NCBI GenBank assembly: GCA_963744995.1
Contig: CAVUWA010000009.1
Coordinates: 416,001 to 480,000, forward strand
DNA from: Candidatus Eiseniibacteriota bacterium
GTDB taxonomy: Bacteria; Eisenbacteria; RBG-16-71-46
Length of the DNA: 64,000 nt
Direction: 5' to 3'
A program made the position numbers and the translations under genes. Below, piece by piece: positions 39,575 to 50,786 of the stretch. The stretch's first letter is position 1, and each line of letters begins with the position of its first letter. The notes beneath the pieces were generated by a model. The model was not told the DNA's origin. It searched no databases and saw only the letters and a program-made list of their open reading frames with translations.

Positions 39575-41104
39575 ATGTCTCACCGTGCCTGCATGATGTT
39601 CGTGGCGTTCCTCGCCGTGCCCGCCGCCGCCCGCGCGGCCGAGCCGTTCGATTCCTTCCGGTTCCCCGAATACCGCACCTTCGACTGGACCGGCAACCTC
39701 GCCGGTCAGGCCGCGTGGTCTCGCGACGGCCACTCGTACCCGGGCTTCTCGTCGGTCACCGACCGCGGCAACTACCTCGGCAGCGTGGGGACCGGCGCCG
39801 ACTGGACTCACGTGACCGATGCCGCCGTCACGCGGGTCAGCGGCGCCTTTGCCACGAACGGCAACCGCCAATCGAATTCGTCTCAGAACCGGTATTTCTC
39901 GAGCCTGTCCATGTCGACCCTCGCGGATCGTTACACCGCGAGCGACGCCGCCGAGCGCGTCGAATTGAACGCGTCCCACGATCGGTATCCGCTGGGGCTG
40001 CCGCTGTTCTTCACCGTGGAGGTGGGCGCGTCTCTGCGCGACGAGCAGCACTGGAGCTCCGACCACCGCCGGACCGACATGAGCTTCGGGGGCAACAGCC
40101 AATCGGACGCGGACTCCCGGAGCACGCTGAGCAAGTCATACTCGACCGGGGTGAGTGCGGGGCTCGGACTCGGCGCGGGCCGCGTGCGCGATGCGACGCC
40201 CGTATACGAAGCGGTGTTGCTCGAACAGCGGCTCGCCCGGCGCGGACTGCTCGCCCGCCCGCTGAGCCGCCAGGGCCTGACGAAGCTGGGAGCGCTCATG
40301 TTTTCGCGCCAGGCGTACTCCGGAACGCGCGACCGTCCGGCTCGGGATCTGTGGCGGGAGATCGCCCGCATCCTGGCCGAGGACGGCGCACTGCGCGGGA
40401 CGCCGGATCCCGAAACGGTGATGCGCCTGATGGAGCCGTTCCTCGGACCCGCCTCCACCACCGACCGCAACGGCCTTCCGGACTCCCCGATCCGGCGCTA
40501 CGTTGGGATGTCCTTTCGGATCCAGGTCGTGGACGCGCACTCGCGCACCTCGCGTCACGAGGTCTGGACCCGCACCCAGGAGTCGATGCCCGGCATGGGC
40601 TACCTGCAGCAGGAGAGCGGGTCCATCAGCCGCCTCACCCAGGACGACCTCGACCTGAACGCGAGCGCGGACTGGCATCGCGCGCTGACCGGGCGCTGGC
40701 AGCTCGACGCCTCCGGCTACGCGAACACCCCGGCGCGGCACGGCCTGACGGCGACCTACGCGGCCGGGCTGACGGCGCTCTGCCTGGTGAGCGATCGCTG
40801 GCTCGCGTCCGTCGGCGCCAGCCACCTCTGGGTCGACGAGAAACGGACGGCGGGCCCCACCGGCGGGGATCAGGCGGACTGGCGCGCCGCAGGAGGCCTC
40901 TCCTGGTTCCTCGAGAACCGGACCGCGCTGTCCCTGTCGGTCTCGCACGCCCAGAGCTGGGTGCGCGGCGACGCCCTGCGTGCGCATGCGTTCCGGCGCC
41001 TGACGTCGCTGAGCGTAAGCATGACGCACCGCTTCGCCGGGCATTTCTCTGCGCCGCTGCTGGCGCTCGGGCCGACGACGCCGACGGTGGATCTCAGGCC
41101 GTGA
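39575..41104 (+). CDS. Hypothetical secreted, probably outer-membrane beta-barrel protein
   Basis: Signal peptide, amphipathic Ser/Thr/aromatic beta-strand pattern with a central helical segment; GGAGG RBS. Confidence 0.55.
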   Translation: MSHRACMMFVAFLAVPAAARAAEPFDSFRFPEYRTFDWTGNLAGQAAWSRDGHSYPGFSSVTDRGNYLGSVGTGADWTHVTDAAVTRVSGAFATNGNRQSNSSQNRYFSSLSMSTLADRYTASDAAERVELNASHDRYPLGLPLFFTVEVGASLRDEQHWSSDHRRTDMSFGGNSQSDADSRSTLSKSYSTGVSAGLGLGAGRVRDATPVYEAVLLEQRLARRGLLARPLSRQGLTKLGALMFSRQAYSGTRDRPARDLWREIARILAEDGALRGTPDPETVMRLMEPFLGPASTTDRNGLPDSPIRRYVGMSFRIQVVDAHSRTSRHEVWTRTQESMPGMGYLQQESGSISRLTQDDLDLNASADWHRALTGRWQLDASGYANTPARHGLTATYAAGLTALCLVSDRWLASVGASHLWVDEKRTAGPTGGDQADWRAAGGLSWFLENRTALSLSVSHAQSWVRGDALRAHAFRRLTSLSVSMTHRFAGHFSAPLLALGPTTPTVDLRP

Positions 41105-41105
41105 G

Positions 41106-42424
<1,319 letters not shown>

Positions 42425-42425
<1 letters not shown>

Positions 42426-44158
42426 CAGGTCTCCTCGCCGCGGCGTGGCAGACGGATCTCGAAGCGGGTGCCGTGGCCGGGCTCGGAGGCGACGGCGATG
42501 GTGCCGCCGTGCGCGGTCACGATGCGCTCCACGATGGTGAGCCCGAGCCCGCTGCCGCCGGGCTTGGTGGTGTGTTCGGGAACGAACAGGTGCGCCCGGG
42601 CCTCCGGGTCCACGCCGGGCCCGCTGTCGGCGACCACGATCACGGTTTCGCGCGGCAGGGCCTCGAACTCGATCTGCACGCGGCCCCCGTGAGCGGTCGC
42701 TTCGAGCGCGTTCTTCACCAGATTGACCATGGCCTGGCGCAGCTGCGCGCGGTCGGCGAGCACCTGCACGTCAGCGCCGGGTCCCGAGATCGAGAGCCGC
42801 TGCGCGTCGATCTCGGTGTGGTAGAGCGCGCCGAGGTCGCCGGCCACGTCCGCGAGCCGGACCGGCTGGAGCTCCGGCTCGCTCATGCGGCCGAACTCGG
42901 AGAATTCCTGCAGGAGACGCTTCAGCGATTCGACTTCTTCGGCGATCGTGCGGGCGGCCTCGTCCAGGATTTCCGGGAAGTCCGGGCGCTGCTGCCGGTA
43001 GCTGCGCTGCAGGTCCGCGATCGACACGGCGATCGGCGTGAGCGGGTTCTTGACTTCGTGCGCAACCATGCGCGCCATCTGGCTCCATGCCGCCTGGCGC
43101 TCGCTCGCGACCAGGCGCGCCCGATAGCGGGTGAGATCCTCGCGCATCCGCTCGAGCGCGTGCGCGAGCGTCTCGAGCTCGGCATAGCGGGCGACTTCGA
43201 GCGGGCGGTCCCACTCGCCCTGCGCGACCCGTGCAGAAAAGGCCGCCAGCGATTCGATCGGCCGCGCGATGCGCCTCGACCACATCAGCCCGAGCAGCAT
43301 CGCGACGGCGAGGCCCAGGAGACCGAGCACCCCGCTGGTCACCCACAGCGTCCGCACCTCGGCGTCGGCCGCCGCCGTGGAGGCGATGCCGATCAGCACG
43401 GCGCCGCCCGCGGGCTCGAGCGGAACGTGCCGCACCAGCGCTCCGGTCCTGGTGAGCCCGGCGCCTTCGGGGTCTTCGAGCAGCGGCAGGAAGGCCTCGC
43501 GGTCGGCCCCGAGCGTGCTCGCCGCGGTCCTGCCGTCCGGCCCGCGCAACGCGAGGTCCACGTCCCCGGCGCCCTTCTGGCGCGCGAGCCACGCGGCATC
43601 CATGCGCACGGCCCCGCGCAGCACCCCCGCCACGGCACCGCCCGCCCGCACCGGCGCGCGCGCCACCAGCAGCAGTGCCCCCGTGTCGCCTGCGGGTTCG
43701 ATGGCGACACCGGAGACGGGAGAGGCGGGGCGCGCCCGCCCGATGACGTCGGTCTCGCCGGGAGGGCCCGCGGCGCCGGCGAACACGCTGTCGGGCGGAG
43801 CGGCGTGCGCCGCGGCGACCACGAGACCGCCCGGACCGAGCCACTCGAGCGCGTCGAGGCCGAGCAGGTAGGCCCGCACCGTGAGATCCCGGGTGAGCGC
43901 CGTATCCGCCGGCTGCGACGCCGCGCCGAGGCGCGCCAGGGCGCGCTCGCGGGCCATCACCTGGAGCCGCCCCCCCAGGGTCTCGCCATCGGCGCGGATG
44001 CGTGCGCTCACGTTCGCGAGCGTCGCATTCAGCCGGTCGGCCGCCTCGACGCGGACCGTCTCCTGAATGCGCGTCGCCATCAGCGCCATCGCGATCGCGA
44101 GGGGGACGAGGGCGACCAGCGCAAAGGCGAGCACCAGGCGTGAGCGCAGCGAATTCAA
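42425..44158 (-). CDS. HAMP-domain sensor histidine kinase (NtrY-like)
   Basis: Two TM helices, HAMP, AHEVKNPLTPI H-box, NLVKNA, DSGPG, GSGLGL. TTG start follows GGAGG. Confidence 0.9.
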
Positions 44159-44271
44159 CGTCGCAGGCCTCCGTGTTCCGGGAGAGGAATCGCGTGTCCG
44201 CACGGCCACGGCGCCTGGAGGCGCACGCGCCGCGCGGTTCCGGGTGGCTGCAGGGTCCATCGCAGCACGAA

Positions 44272-44291
44272 GCGTGTCAATCATGACACGC
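44272..44291. promoter_or_regulatory. Palindromic candidate transcription-factor binding site
   Basis: GCGTGTCA-atca-TGACACGC perfect 8-bp inverted repeat in a divergent intergenic region. Confidence 0.5.
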
Positions 44292-44495
44292 ACGACCTCC
44301 GTCCATGCCCAGGTCGAATCGCGCAATCCATTGCCGTCCAATGCACTCACCGGCAGGCACGGTCCTTGGATTGGAGTCATGGCGAAGCGGGTCACGGCCC
44401 GCGGAAACCGGCGCGGCAAAGGCCCGCCGGAGCGACCCGGAACGGGGCGGTCGGCGCGCCCCCGGGTGTCGGACGACCGCCGGGGAGGAACGAAC

Positions 44496-45179
44496 ATGCA
44501 TCGCAATCGAAACGAGCAGTGGGAAGCGCGGCCTGAGAACGAGCCGCGCGGCGCCGGCGGATGGTGGTACCTCGCGGCGTTCGCGCTGGCGATCGGGGTG
44601 GTCGGCGGGATCGTCACGGGCTGCGGCAGCAACGAGAACGTGGCCGTGGACGACGCCGGTGACGGTGGCGCCACGGTGACGGTGCCCGCCTACGAGACCA
44701 GCCGCGACGCGGTCGATGCGAGCGTGGCCCCGGCACCGGTTCAGGTGCCGGCCAGCGAAACCGACGACGCGACCGGAGCGGCGCCGGGGGCCATGCCGCC
44801 CGACATCCTGGTCACGGCGTCACAGACGGTGGTGGAGCCCGGTGACGTGATCGACATCGCCGTGCAGGCCACCCCCGACGTCACCGAGATGACGCTCTGG
44901 GATGGAATCCACGACCGCCAGGCACTCACCTACGACGCGGACGCGAAGGCCTGGCGCGTGAGCTACCGGGTGCCGCTGCATCTGCCCTGGGCGCGCACCG
45001 GCCTCGCGATCACCGCGAAGAACGACGCGCAGCGGTGGTGCCGCTCCTGGGTGTTCATCGAATCGCCCGCGGCCGCGCAGACGGCGGGCGCGGACGGGTC
45101 GGAAGCGAGCCCGGTCGCGGTGGACAGCACCGGAACGCAGCCGCTCGCCAGGGACGTGAGCGGGCCCGGCGAACGCTGA
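44496..45179 (+). CDS. Hypothetical membrane-anchored/lipoprotein with Ig-like domain
   Basis: Hydrophobic helix ending VTGC, low-complexity linker, beta-rich C-terminal domain; GGGAGG RBS. Confidence 0.65.
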   Translation: MHRNRNEQWEARPENEPRGAGGWWYLAAFALAIGVVGGIVTGCGSNENVAVDDAGDGGATVTVPAYETSRDAVDASVAPAPVQVPASETDDATGAAPGAMPPDILVTASQTVVEPGDVIDIAVQATPDVTEMTLWDGIHDRQALTYDADAKAWRVSYRVPLHLPWARTGLAITAKNDAQRWCRSWVFIESPAAAQTAGADGSEASPVAVDSTGTQPLARDVSGPGER

Positions 45180-45193
45180 CCGGTCGAACGCCG

Positions 45194-45224
45194 CGCCCCC
45201 GGATCCGAAACGGGTCCGGGGGCG
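45194..45224. terminator. Hairpin between convergent genes (possible bidirectional terminator)
   Basis: 14-bp stem CGCCCCCGGATCCG/CGGGTCCGGGGGCG with one G-U pair and an AAA loop; no U tract. Confidence 0.5.
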
Positions 45225-45241
45225 TGCGCGTGCCCCCCGGG

Positions 45242-47017
45242 TCAGCGGCTGGCCTGCCGCGCCGCCTGCGCGTGGCGGGCGTAGAGCGTCGTCGTGAGTT
45301 GTGGGACGCCGGCCACGCCGGTCCATACCGGCCAGCGCCCGAGCGGTACCGCATCCGCGCCGGGCGCCGCGTCCATTCCCGTCACCGGGCGGCGCCCCGC
45401 GCGGGTCAGGATCGCGAAGGGCGGGTCGATGCGCGGCACCGCCTCGACGTTGATGCGCACCCCGGCGTAGGGCCAGTCGCGCACGACCATGCAGCGCAGA
45501 TCGTTCTCGAGCGCGAACGTTTCGGCCGTCTCGCCGATCGCGATCCTGCGCCCGGGCGGAAGATGGGAGGCGATCGTGCCGATCGCCCGGCTCGCGTCAC
45601 GGATCGTGTAGCGCGCGTGCGCGAACTGCGTCGCGCCCGCGGCGATCCCGCCGGCGAGCGCCCAGAGGACGAGCAGGCGCGCGAAGCCGGGCGCGGGCCG
45701 CAGCGTCTCGCGCAGCGCGGTGGATCTGAGCAGCAGCGCCGCCAGCGCCGCCGCGGTGAGCCAGCCGAGCGCCAGCATCGCCCTGGGCGACATCCCGCTC
45801 TCGCGACCGATCGGCAGGCCCGCGGTCGCGCGGGTGAGGAACGTGAGCACCGCCGGGCGCAGGATGATGCCGATCACCAGCGTCGCCACCGCCCACGCCA
45901 GCCCCGCGCGCAGCGTCTCGTGCGTGACCGGTCTGTCGTCCGCCCGTGCGGCCGGCTCGAACGCCGCCATCGCCATCAGCAGCAGGACGGGCGGAACGAG
46001 CAGCACGTAGCGGCGGTCGGGGGAGAGCGCGGGATGGGTCGCGATCGCGGCGAGCAGAATCACGGCCCAGGCCCAGCACGAGCGCACGAGGAAGCGATCG
46101 CCACCCGAGCGGCGGCCGAGCAGCGCCGCGGTGCCGAGCCATCCGGCGGCGATCACGATCGCGGGCTCGCCGGCGAAGAACCCGCCGGGCGAGCGCAGGC
46201 CGCCCGGATCTTCGCGGAAGCCGAACCAGAGGAAGCGGGTGAGGAGCGGGAGGTCGTGCCCGGTGGAGGTCGCGAGCCGTGCCATTTCCCTCCACGCCGC
46301 ACGGATCGCATCGGCATGGGGCAGCACGAAGCAGACGCCCAGCGCGAGCGCGGCGATGATCAGCGTGCCCGTGAACAGCGTCAGGCCACGCAACCAGCCC
46401 GGCAGGTCGCCGCGTTCGCGCGCCTCCGCGCCGAACATGACCCACTGCACGATGACCACGAGCAGCACCGGCGCGGAAGACAGTTTGGCGAGGAGCGCGG
46501 CGACCAGTCCGAGCGCCGCGAACACCGCCCAGCCGGGCCGTGTGCGCGCGCGCCATACCCCGAGCACGGCCAGCGTCACGCCGGCGAGCTGCAGGGATTC
46601 CGTATAGGCGACGCGGGCGTGGGCGACGAGGAAGCCGCACGCGGCGGCGAGCAGCCCCGCGGTGAGCGCCGTTTCGGGCGCGACGCGGCGCGAGGGGAGT
46701 GCGACGAGCATCAGCGCCACGAACACCCCGGCGAGCGCCCCGGGCAGGCGTGTCGAGGCCAGCCCCCGGCCGAGCGCCGCGTAGGCGCGCTCGACGAGCC
46801 ACGTGTGCAGGGGTGCGGTGTAGAGCGGGGCGTCGAACGCGTCCCAGGTCCACACGCCGGTGAGCGACTTCAGGCGTGCGTTGTGCGCATAGGCGCCCTC
46901 GTCGGCGATGAACGAGAAGTGGAAATCGGGAGGCGGATCCGCGTCCAGCGCGGGAAGCCTCAGGACCGCGGCGAGTGCGAGCACCGCAAGCGCCCCGAGC
47001 CAGCGCCGCCCGTTCAT
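45242..47017 (-). CDS. ArnT/PMT-like (GT39/GT83, GT-C fold) membrane glycosyltransferase
   Basis: N-terminal TM then DEGAYAHNA, PL, RLPGAL.G, ARVAYTE, LAK, RY motifs; more than 10 TM helices. Confidence 0.75.
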   Translation of the reverse strand: MNGRRWLGALAVLALAAVLRLPALDADPPPDFHFSFIADEGAYAHNARLKSLTGVWTWDAFDAPLYTAPLHTWLVERAYAALGRGLASTRLPGALAGVFVALMLVALPSRRVAPETALTAGLLAAACGFLVAHARVAYTESLQLAGVTLAVLGVWRARTRPGWAVFAALGLVAALLAKLSSAPVLLVVIVQWVMFGAEARERGDLPGWLRGLTLFTGTLIIAALALGVCFVLPHADAIRAAWREMARLATSTGHDLPLLTRFLWFGFREDPGGLRSPGGFFAGEPAIVIAAGWLGTAALLGRRSGGDRFLVRSCWAWAVILLAAIATHPALSPDRRYVLLVPPVLLLMAMAAFEPAARADDRPVTHETLRAGLAWAVATLVIGIILRPAVLTFLTRATAGLPIGRESGMSPRAMLALGWLTAAALAALLLRSTALRETLRPAPGFARLLVLWALAGGIAAGATQFAHARYTIRDASRAIGTIASHLPPGRRIAIGETAETFALENDLRCMVVRDWPYAGVRINVEAVPRIDPPFAILTRAGRRPVTGMDAAPGADAVPLGRWPVWTGVAGVPQLTTTLYARHAQAARQASR

Positions 47018-49677
47018 CCTGCGACTCCGCCTGCGACTCCGCGCGCACCGGGTTCGCTCTCGAGCCACGGCCCGAGGCGGGCGGCGAGGGCACCCACCTC
47101 GGGTTCGCTGAGCATGGCGTAGCCGTCGTGGGGAACCGTGAAGATCTCGGGCGCGGGTTGCGAAAGGCCGCGCCAGGCGGAGGCCGGGTCGTCCGTATAG
47201 AGCGGCAGCGTTTCTTCGGCGAGCGCGAGCAGCACGCGTCCGGTGAACGGCCGCGCGACGTGCGAGCGGAACGCGTAGAGGAGGCGCGCGCGTGCGGCGT
47301 CCGCATCCGCCATGCGGCCGGGCGTTCCGGAACGGAGGCTGCCCGCGTCGCGCCACGCGGCGGCGCGATCCCGTGCGACACGCGCGAGGCGGCGACCGAG
47401 CCAGCGCCAGCGATCCCGTTTGCGCGCGAGGTAGGTGAGACGGGCGAGACCGTCGGTGCGGAAGCGGCGCAGCGCGCGTGCGCTCACCAGCGACGGCAGA
47501 TCGAACGGGGTCACGTTGAGGAGCGCCAGGCGCTCGACCGTCTCGCCCGCCGCCGCGAGCTGTCGGGCCATCTCCAGCGCGACCACCGCGCCGTAGCAGA
47601 AGCCGGCGAGGCGCCACGGTCCCGCCGGTTGAACCACGCGCGCGTCGGCGAGGTAGCGTGCCGCGAGCGCCGCGAGCGAAGCGGGCACGTCCGCCACCGG
47701 TCCGTCGAGGGGAAAACGCAGCGCATGCACCGGCCGACCCGCGAGGCGGAGTGCGAGCGGGCCGAAGAGGAACGCGTCGCTCTCGAGATCGTGGACACAG
47801 GTGAGCGGTGTGCCCGCGCCCCGCGTGAGCCGGATCAGGGTGGCGCTGCGCCGCGCGCCCGGCGCATCCAGGCGCGCCGCCAGCGCAGCGATGGTGCGGC
47901 ACTCGGCGAGATCGGACATGGTCAGGGTCACCCCGATCCGCCGCTCGATTTCGGTGAGTACCCGGGCGGCGTCGAGCGAGGTGCCGCCGAGCGTCTCGAA
48001 GCGGTCGTGCACGCCAATGCGGGGCACCGCGAGCAGATCGGCCCAGATGGCCGCGAGCAACACTTCAGCGGCGCTGCCCGGCGCCGTGATCGCCACGCCG
48101 CGGGGGAGCGGCCGGGCCGGGAGGGTCGCGAGCGCGGCGCGGTCGAGCTTGCCCTCGGCCGTGAGCGGCAGGGCGTCGATCAGCGCGAGATCCGCGGGCA
48201 GCACCGAGTCGGGCAGCGACCGGCCGAGATGCACATGAACGTCGTCCCACGTGAGCCGGGCCCCCGGCCCGGAAACCAGTCGTGCGCCGAGCACGATTTC
48301 GCCTGCGGTGTCGCGCATCGCCGTGATCGCCGCAGCCGCCACGCCGGGGATCGCCGCACACGCGCGTTCGAGCGCCGTCACGTCCACCCACTCTCCCGCC
48401 ATCCGAATGCGGTGATCGCGGCGGCCGAGATGGACGAGCCGGCCTTCGGCATCCAGGCGCCCGACGTCGCCGCTGCGCCAGGCGCGCAGGCCGTCCGGGC
48501 CCTCGAGGCTGAAGACCGCCGCCGTCCCCTCCGGATCGCGCCAGTAGCCCGGCGCGAGATAACGGCTGCGCACGACGATCTCACCCGCCGTTTGCGCCGG
48601 CACTCGCGAGCCGTCTGCGCCGATGATCGCGATCTCGAAGTCGGGCGTGGCGAAGCCGACCGGCAGTGCGTCTGCCGGCAGGGGCGTGTCACGGCCGATC
48701 AGGAATTGCGCGCAGAGTCCGGTCTCGGTCGTGCCGAGCCCGTGCGCGAGCACCGCGTCATCGCCGAAGTGGCGGCGGAAGAGCGTCACGTCGCGCGGCA
48801 GTGCGGCGTCGCCTTCGAGCCGCACGATGCGGACCGATGGATACGTGCGCCCTTCCATGCAGAGGCTGCGGAAGATCGACGGCACCGCATGGAAGATCGT
48901 CGGTCGCGCGCGCGCCATCCAGCGCGCGAGCGGCGGGCCCGCCCCCTCGCGTGCCAGATCGTAGGGCAGCAGCGTCGCGCCGTTCAGGAGTGCGCCGAAG
49001 ATGCTCGAGACGACGCCGCTGAAAGTGCTGGCCTGCACGACCGTCATGCGATCCGCGGCCGTGAAGCCGAGTGCGTTCGAATAGCGCATCACGTTGTGGA
49101 GCACGTTGCGGTGGGTGTCCATCACGCCCCTGGGCGGACCGGTGGTGCCGGAGGTGAAATACACGTACGCGAGCGCGTCCGGGTCGACGTGCGGCCGTAC
49201 ACGCTCCGTGGGGGCCGCACCGAGACCGGCGTCGAGCACGATGACGGGCGCGGTGCCGGCGACCTCGCGGGCGGCGTCCACGAACGCCGGACCGGCCAGC
49301 ACCGCGAGCGCTTCGGTTCGCGCGACGCGTTCGCGCGACGCGGCGCGCGGCATCGCGGGGGAGAGCGGGACGTAGGCGTGGCCTGCTTCGAGGACACCGA
49401 GCATCGCCGCGATGAGATCCGGGCCTTGCGGCAGCAGCAGCGCCACGCATCCTGCGCCCGCGGTCCCCGCCCGGGTGAGCGCCGCGGCGACCGCACCGGC
49501 GCGACCGTCCAGCGCCGCGTAGCCCACGGCCACCCCCTGCCACTCGATCGCCGTTCGACCGGCGCTGGAGCGGGCGACGCCTGCGAAACGCTCCGGAATC
49601 GAAGCGTCGAGCGCGGCACGCGGGAACGGATTCCGCCCCGGCGCCGGGAGGGCGCCGGCGAGCCGCGTGCGATTCAC
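47014..49677 (-). CDS. Stand-alone NRPS-like enzyme, A-PCP-TE(-like)
   Basis: AYVYFTSGTTGPPRG, GTTE, SGDVG, GRRD, LPLTAEGKLDR (A domain); LGGTSL (carrier Ser); GPWRLAGFCYGAVVALEMARQL (TE). Confidence 0.88.
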   Translation of the reverse strand: MNRTRLAGALPAPGRNPFPRAALDASIPERFAGVARSSAGRTAIEWQGVAVGYAALDGRAGAVAAALTRAGTAGAGCVALLLPQGPDLIAAMLGVLEAGHAYVPLSPAMPRAASRERVARTEALAVLAGPAFVDAAREVAGTAPVIVLDAGLGAAPTERVRPHVDPDALAYVYFTSGTTGPPRGVMDTHRNVLHNVMRYSNALGFTAADRMTVVQASTFSGVVSSIFGALLNGATLLPYDLAREGAGPPLARWMARARPTIFHAVPSIFRSLCMEGRTYPSVRIVRLEGDAALPRDVTLFRRHFGDDAVLAHGLGTTETGLCAQFLIGRDTPLPADALPVGFATPDFEIAIIGADGSRVPAQTAGEIVVRSRYLAPGYWRDPEGTAAVFSLEGPDGLRAWRSGDVGRLDAEGRLVHLGRRDHRIRMAGEWVDVTALERACAAIPGVAAAAITAMRDTAGEIVLGARLVSGPGARLTWDDVHVHLGRSLPDSVLPADLALIDALPLTAEGKLDRAALATLPARPLPRGVAITAPGSAAEVLLAAIWADLLAVPRIGVHDRFETLGGTSLDAARVLTEIERRIGVTLTMSDLAECRTIAALAARLDAPGARRSATLIRLTRGAGTPLTCVHDLESDAFLFGPLALRLAGRPVHALRFPLDGPVADVPASLAALAARYLADARVVQPAGPWRLAGFCYGAVVALEMARQLAAAGETVERLALLNVTPFDLPSLVSARALRRFRTDGLARLTYLARKRDRWRWLGRRLARVARDRAAAWRDAGSLRSGTPGRMADADAARARLLYAFRSHVARPFTGRVLLALAEETLPLYTDDPASAWRGLSQPAPEIFTVPHDGYAMLSEPEVGALAARLGPWLESEPGARGVAGGVAG

Positions 49678-50786
49678 GGCTGGCCGAGCGCGCCCGCCAG
49701 CAGGCCGTGGAAGTGATGCACCCCCTGCTCGCGTGCCGGAGAATAGCGGCCGCGGTCGTACGCCCGCGACGCCGTGCCGCGCTGGACCGCCTCGACGATC
49801 GCCTCGTCTTCTCGCTCCACGCGATCGAGCGCCGCGCCCGCGCCCTGGCCGAGCCTGGCCCGATCCCACACGTACGCGAGGAAGCGGACCCGCGTGCGGT
49901 CGACCGCCAGCGGCTCGACGACGTTGATCGAAAGTCCCCACGGATAGAAGTTGAGCATCGTCGACGGCCAGAGCCACCACCACCACGCGGCCACGCGCAG
50001 TCCCTCGTCCGGATGCCCGGGCGGAAGATCGAACGCTTCTTCACCGCCCGCGGCGACGCCGATCTGCACGTTCGCCCACGCGAAGCGTTCGGTGCGATAG
50101 GCCCCGTAGTCCACCGCGTCGGCGAGTTCCGCGTGCACGTACGGAATGTGGAAGCCCTCCAGGTAGTTGTCGCAGTAGAGCGCCCAGTTGGCGTGCACGA
50201 GGTAATCGCGCGAGCGCGAGGCATCGAACGCCGCGTGCTCGAGCGGCAGATGGCCGCAGCGCGCCTCCAGCGGCTGAATCCAGTCGGCGAAGGAGTGCGC
50301 GGGGTCGAGCGCGACGAACAGGAGCTCCTTCCAGCGCTCGAGCGGGACGCGCGGCAGATCGTCGGCGGGCGCGGGGAACCCCTGGACCTCCTCGAACTCC
50401 GGCATCGACAGACAGCGGCCGTCGAGCCCGAAGCGGCGGCCGTGGTAGCGGCAGCGCAGGACGTTCTGCACGCCGCCGCCCTCGCACACCAGCATGCCGC
50501 GGTGGGTGCACACGTTCGAGAGGCAGTGCAGCCGGTCGTCGCGATCGCGCGCGAGCAGCAGGGGCTCGTCCGTGAGCCCGGGCAGCAGGGTGAACGGATG
50601 CAGCATGCCCGGGACACGGACCGCCTCGGTGCCGGCGACCCAGTGCCAGGTCCGCGGAAACAGGCCCGCGCGCTGGCGCTCGAAGACCTGTGGATCGGTG
50701 TAGACCCAGCCCGGCAGCGTGTGTGCCCGGCGGATGTCGGGATCGATGCGGAGCGCAGCCAGCCGCGCGTCGAGCCCGGCGCTCAT
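49674..50786 (-). CDS. Rieske non-heme iron oxygenase alpha subunit (choline monooxygenase/CntA-like)
   Basis: CTHRG...CRYHG Rieske ligands, NWALYCDNYLEGFHIPYVH, EDEAIVEAVQRG, E.GVHHFH. Confidence 0.9.
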   Translation of the reverse strand: MSAGLDARLAALRIDPDIRRAHTLPGWVYTDPQVFERQRAGLFPRTWHWVAGTEAVRVPGMLHPFTLLPGLTDEPLLLARDRDDRLHCLSNVCTHRGMLVCEGGGVQNVLRCRYHGRRFGLDGRCLSMPEFEEVQGFPAPADDLPRVPLERWKELLFVALDPAHSFADWIQPLEARCGHLPLEHAAFDASRSRDYLVHANWALYCDNYLEGFHIPYVHAELADAVDYGAYRTERFAWANVQIGVAAGGEEAFDLPPGHPDEGLRVAAWWWWLWPSTMLNFYPWGLSINVVEPLAVDRTRVRFLAYVWDRARLGQGAGAALDRVEREDEAIVEAVQRGTASRAYDRGRYSPAREQGVHHFHGLLAGALGQP

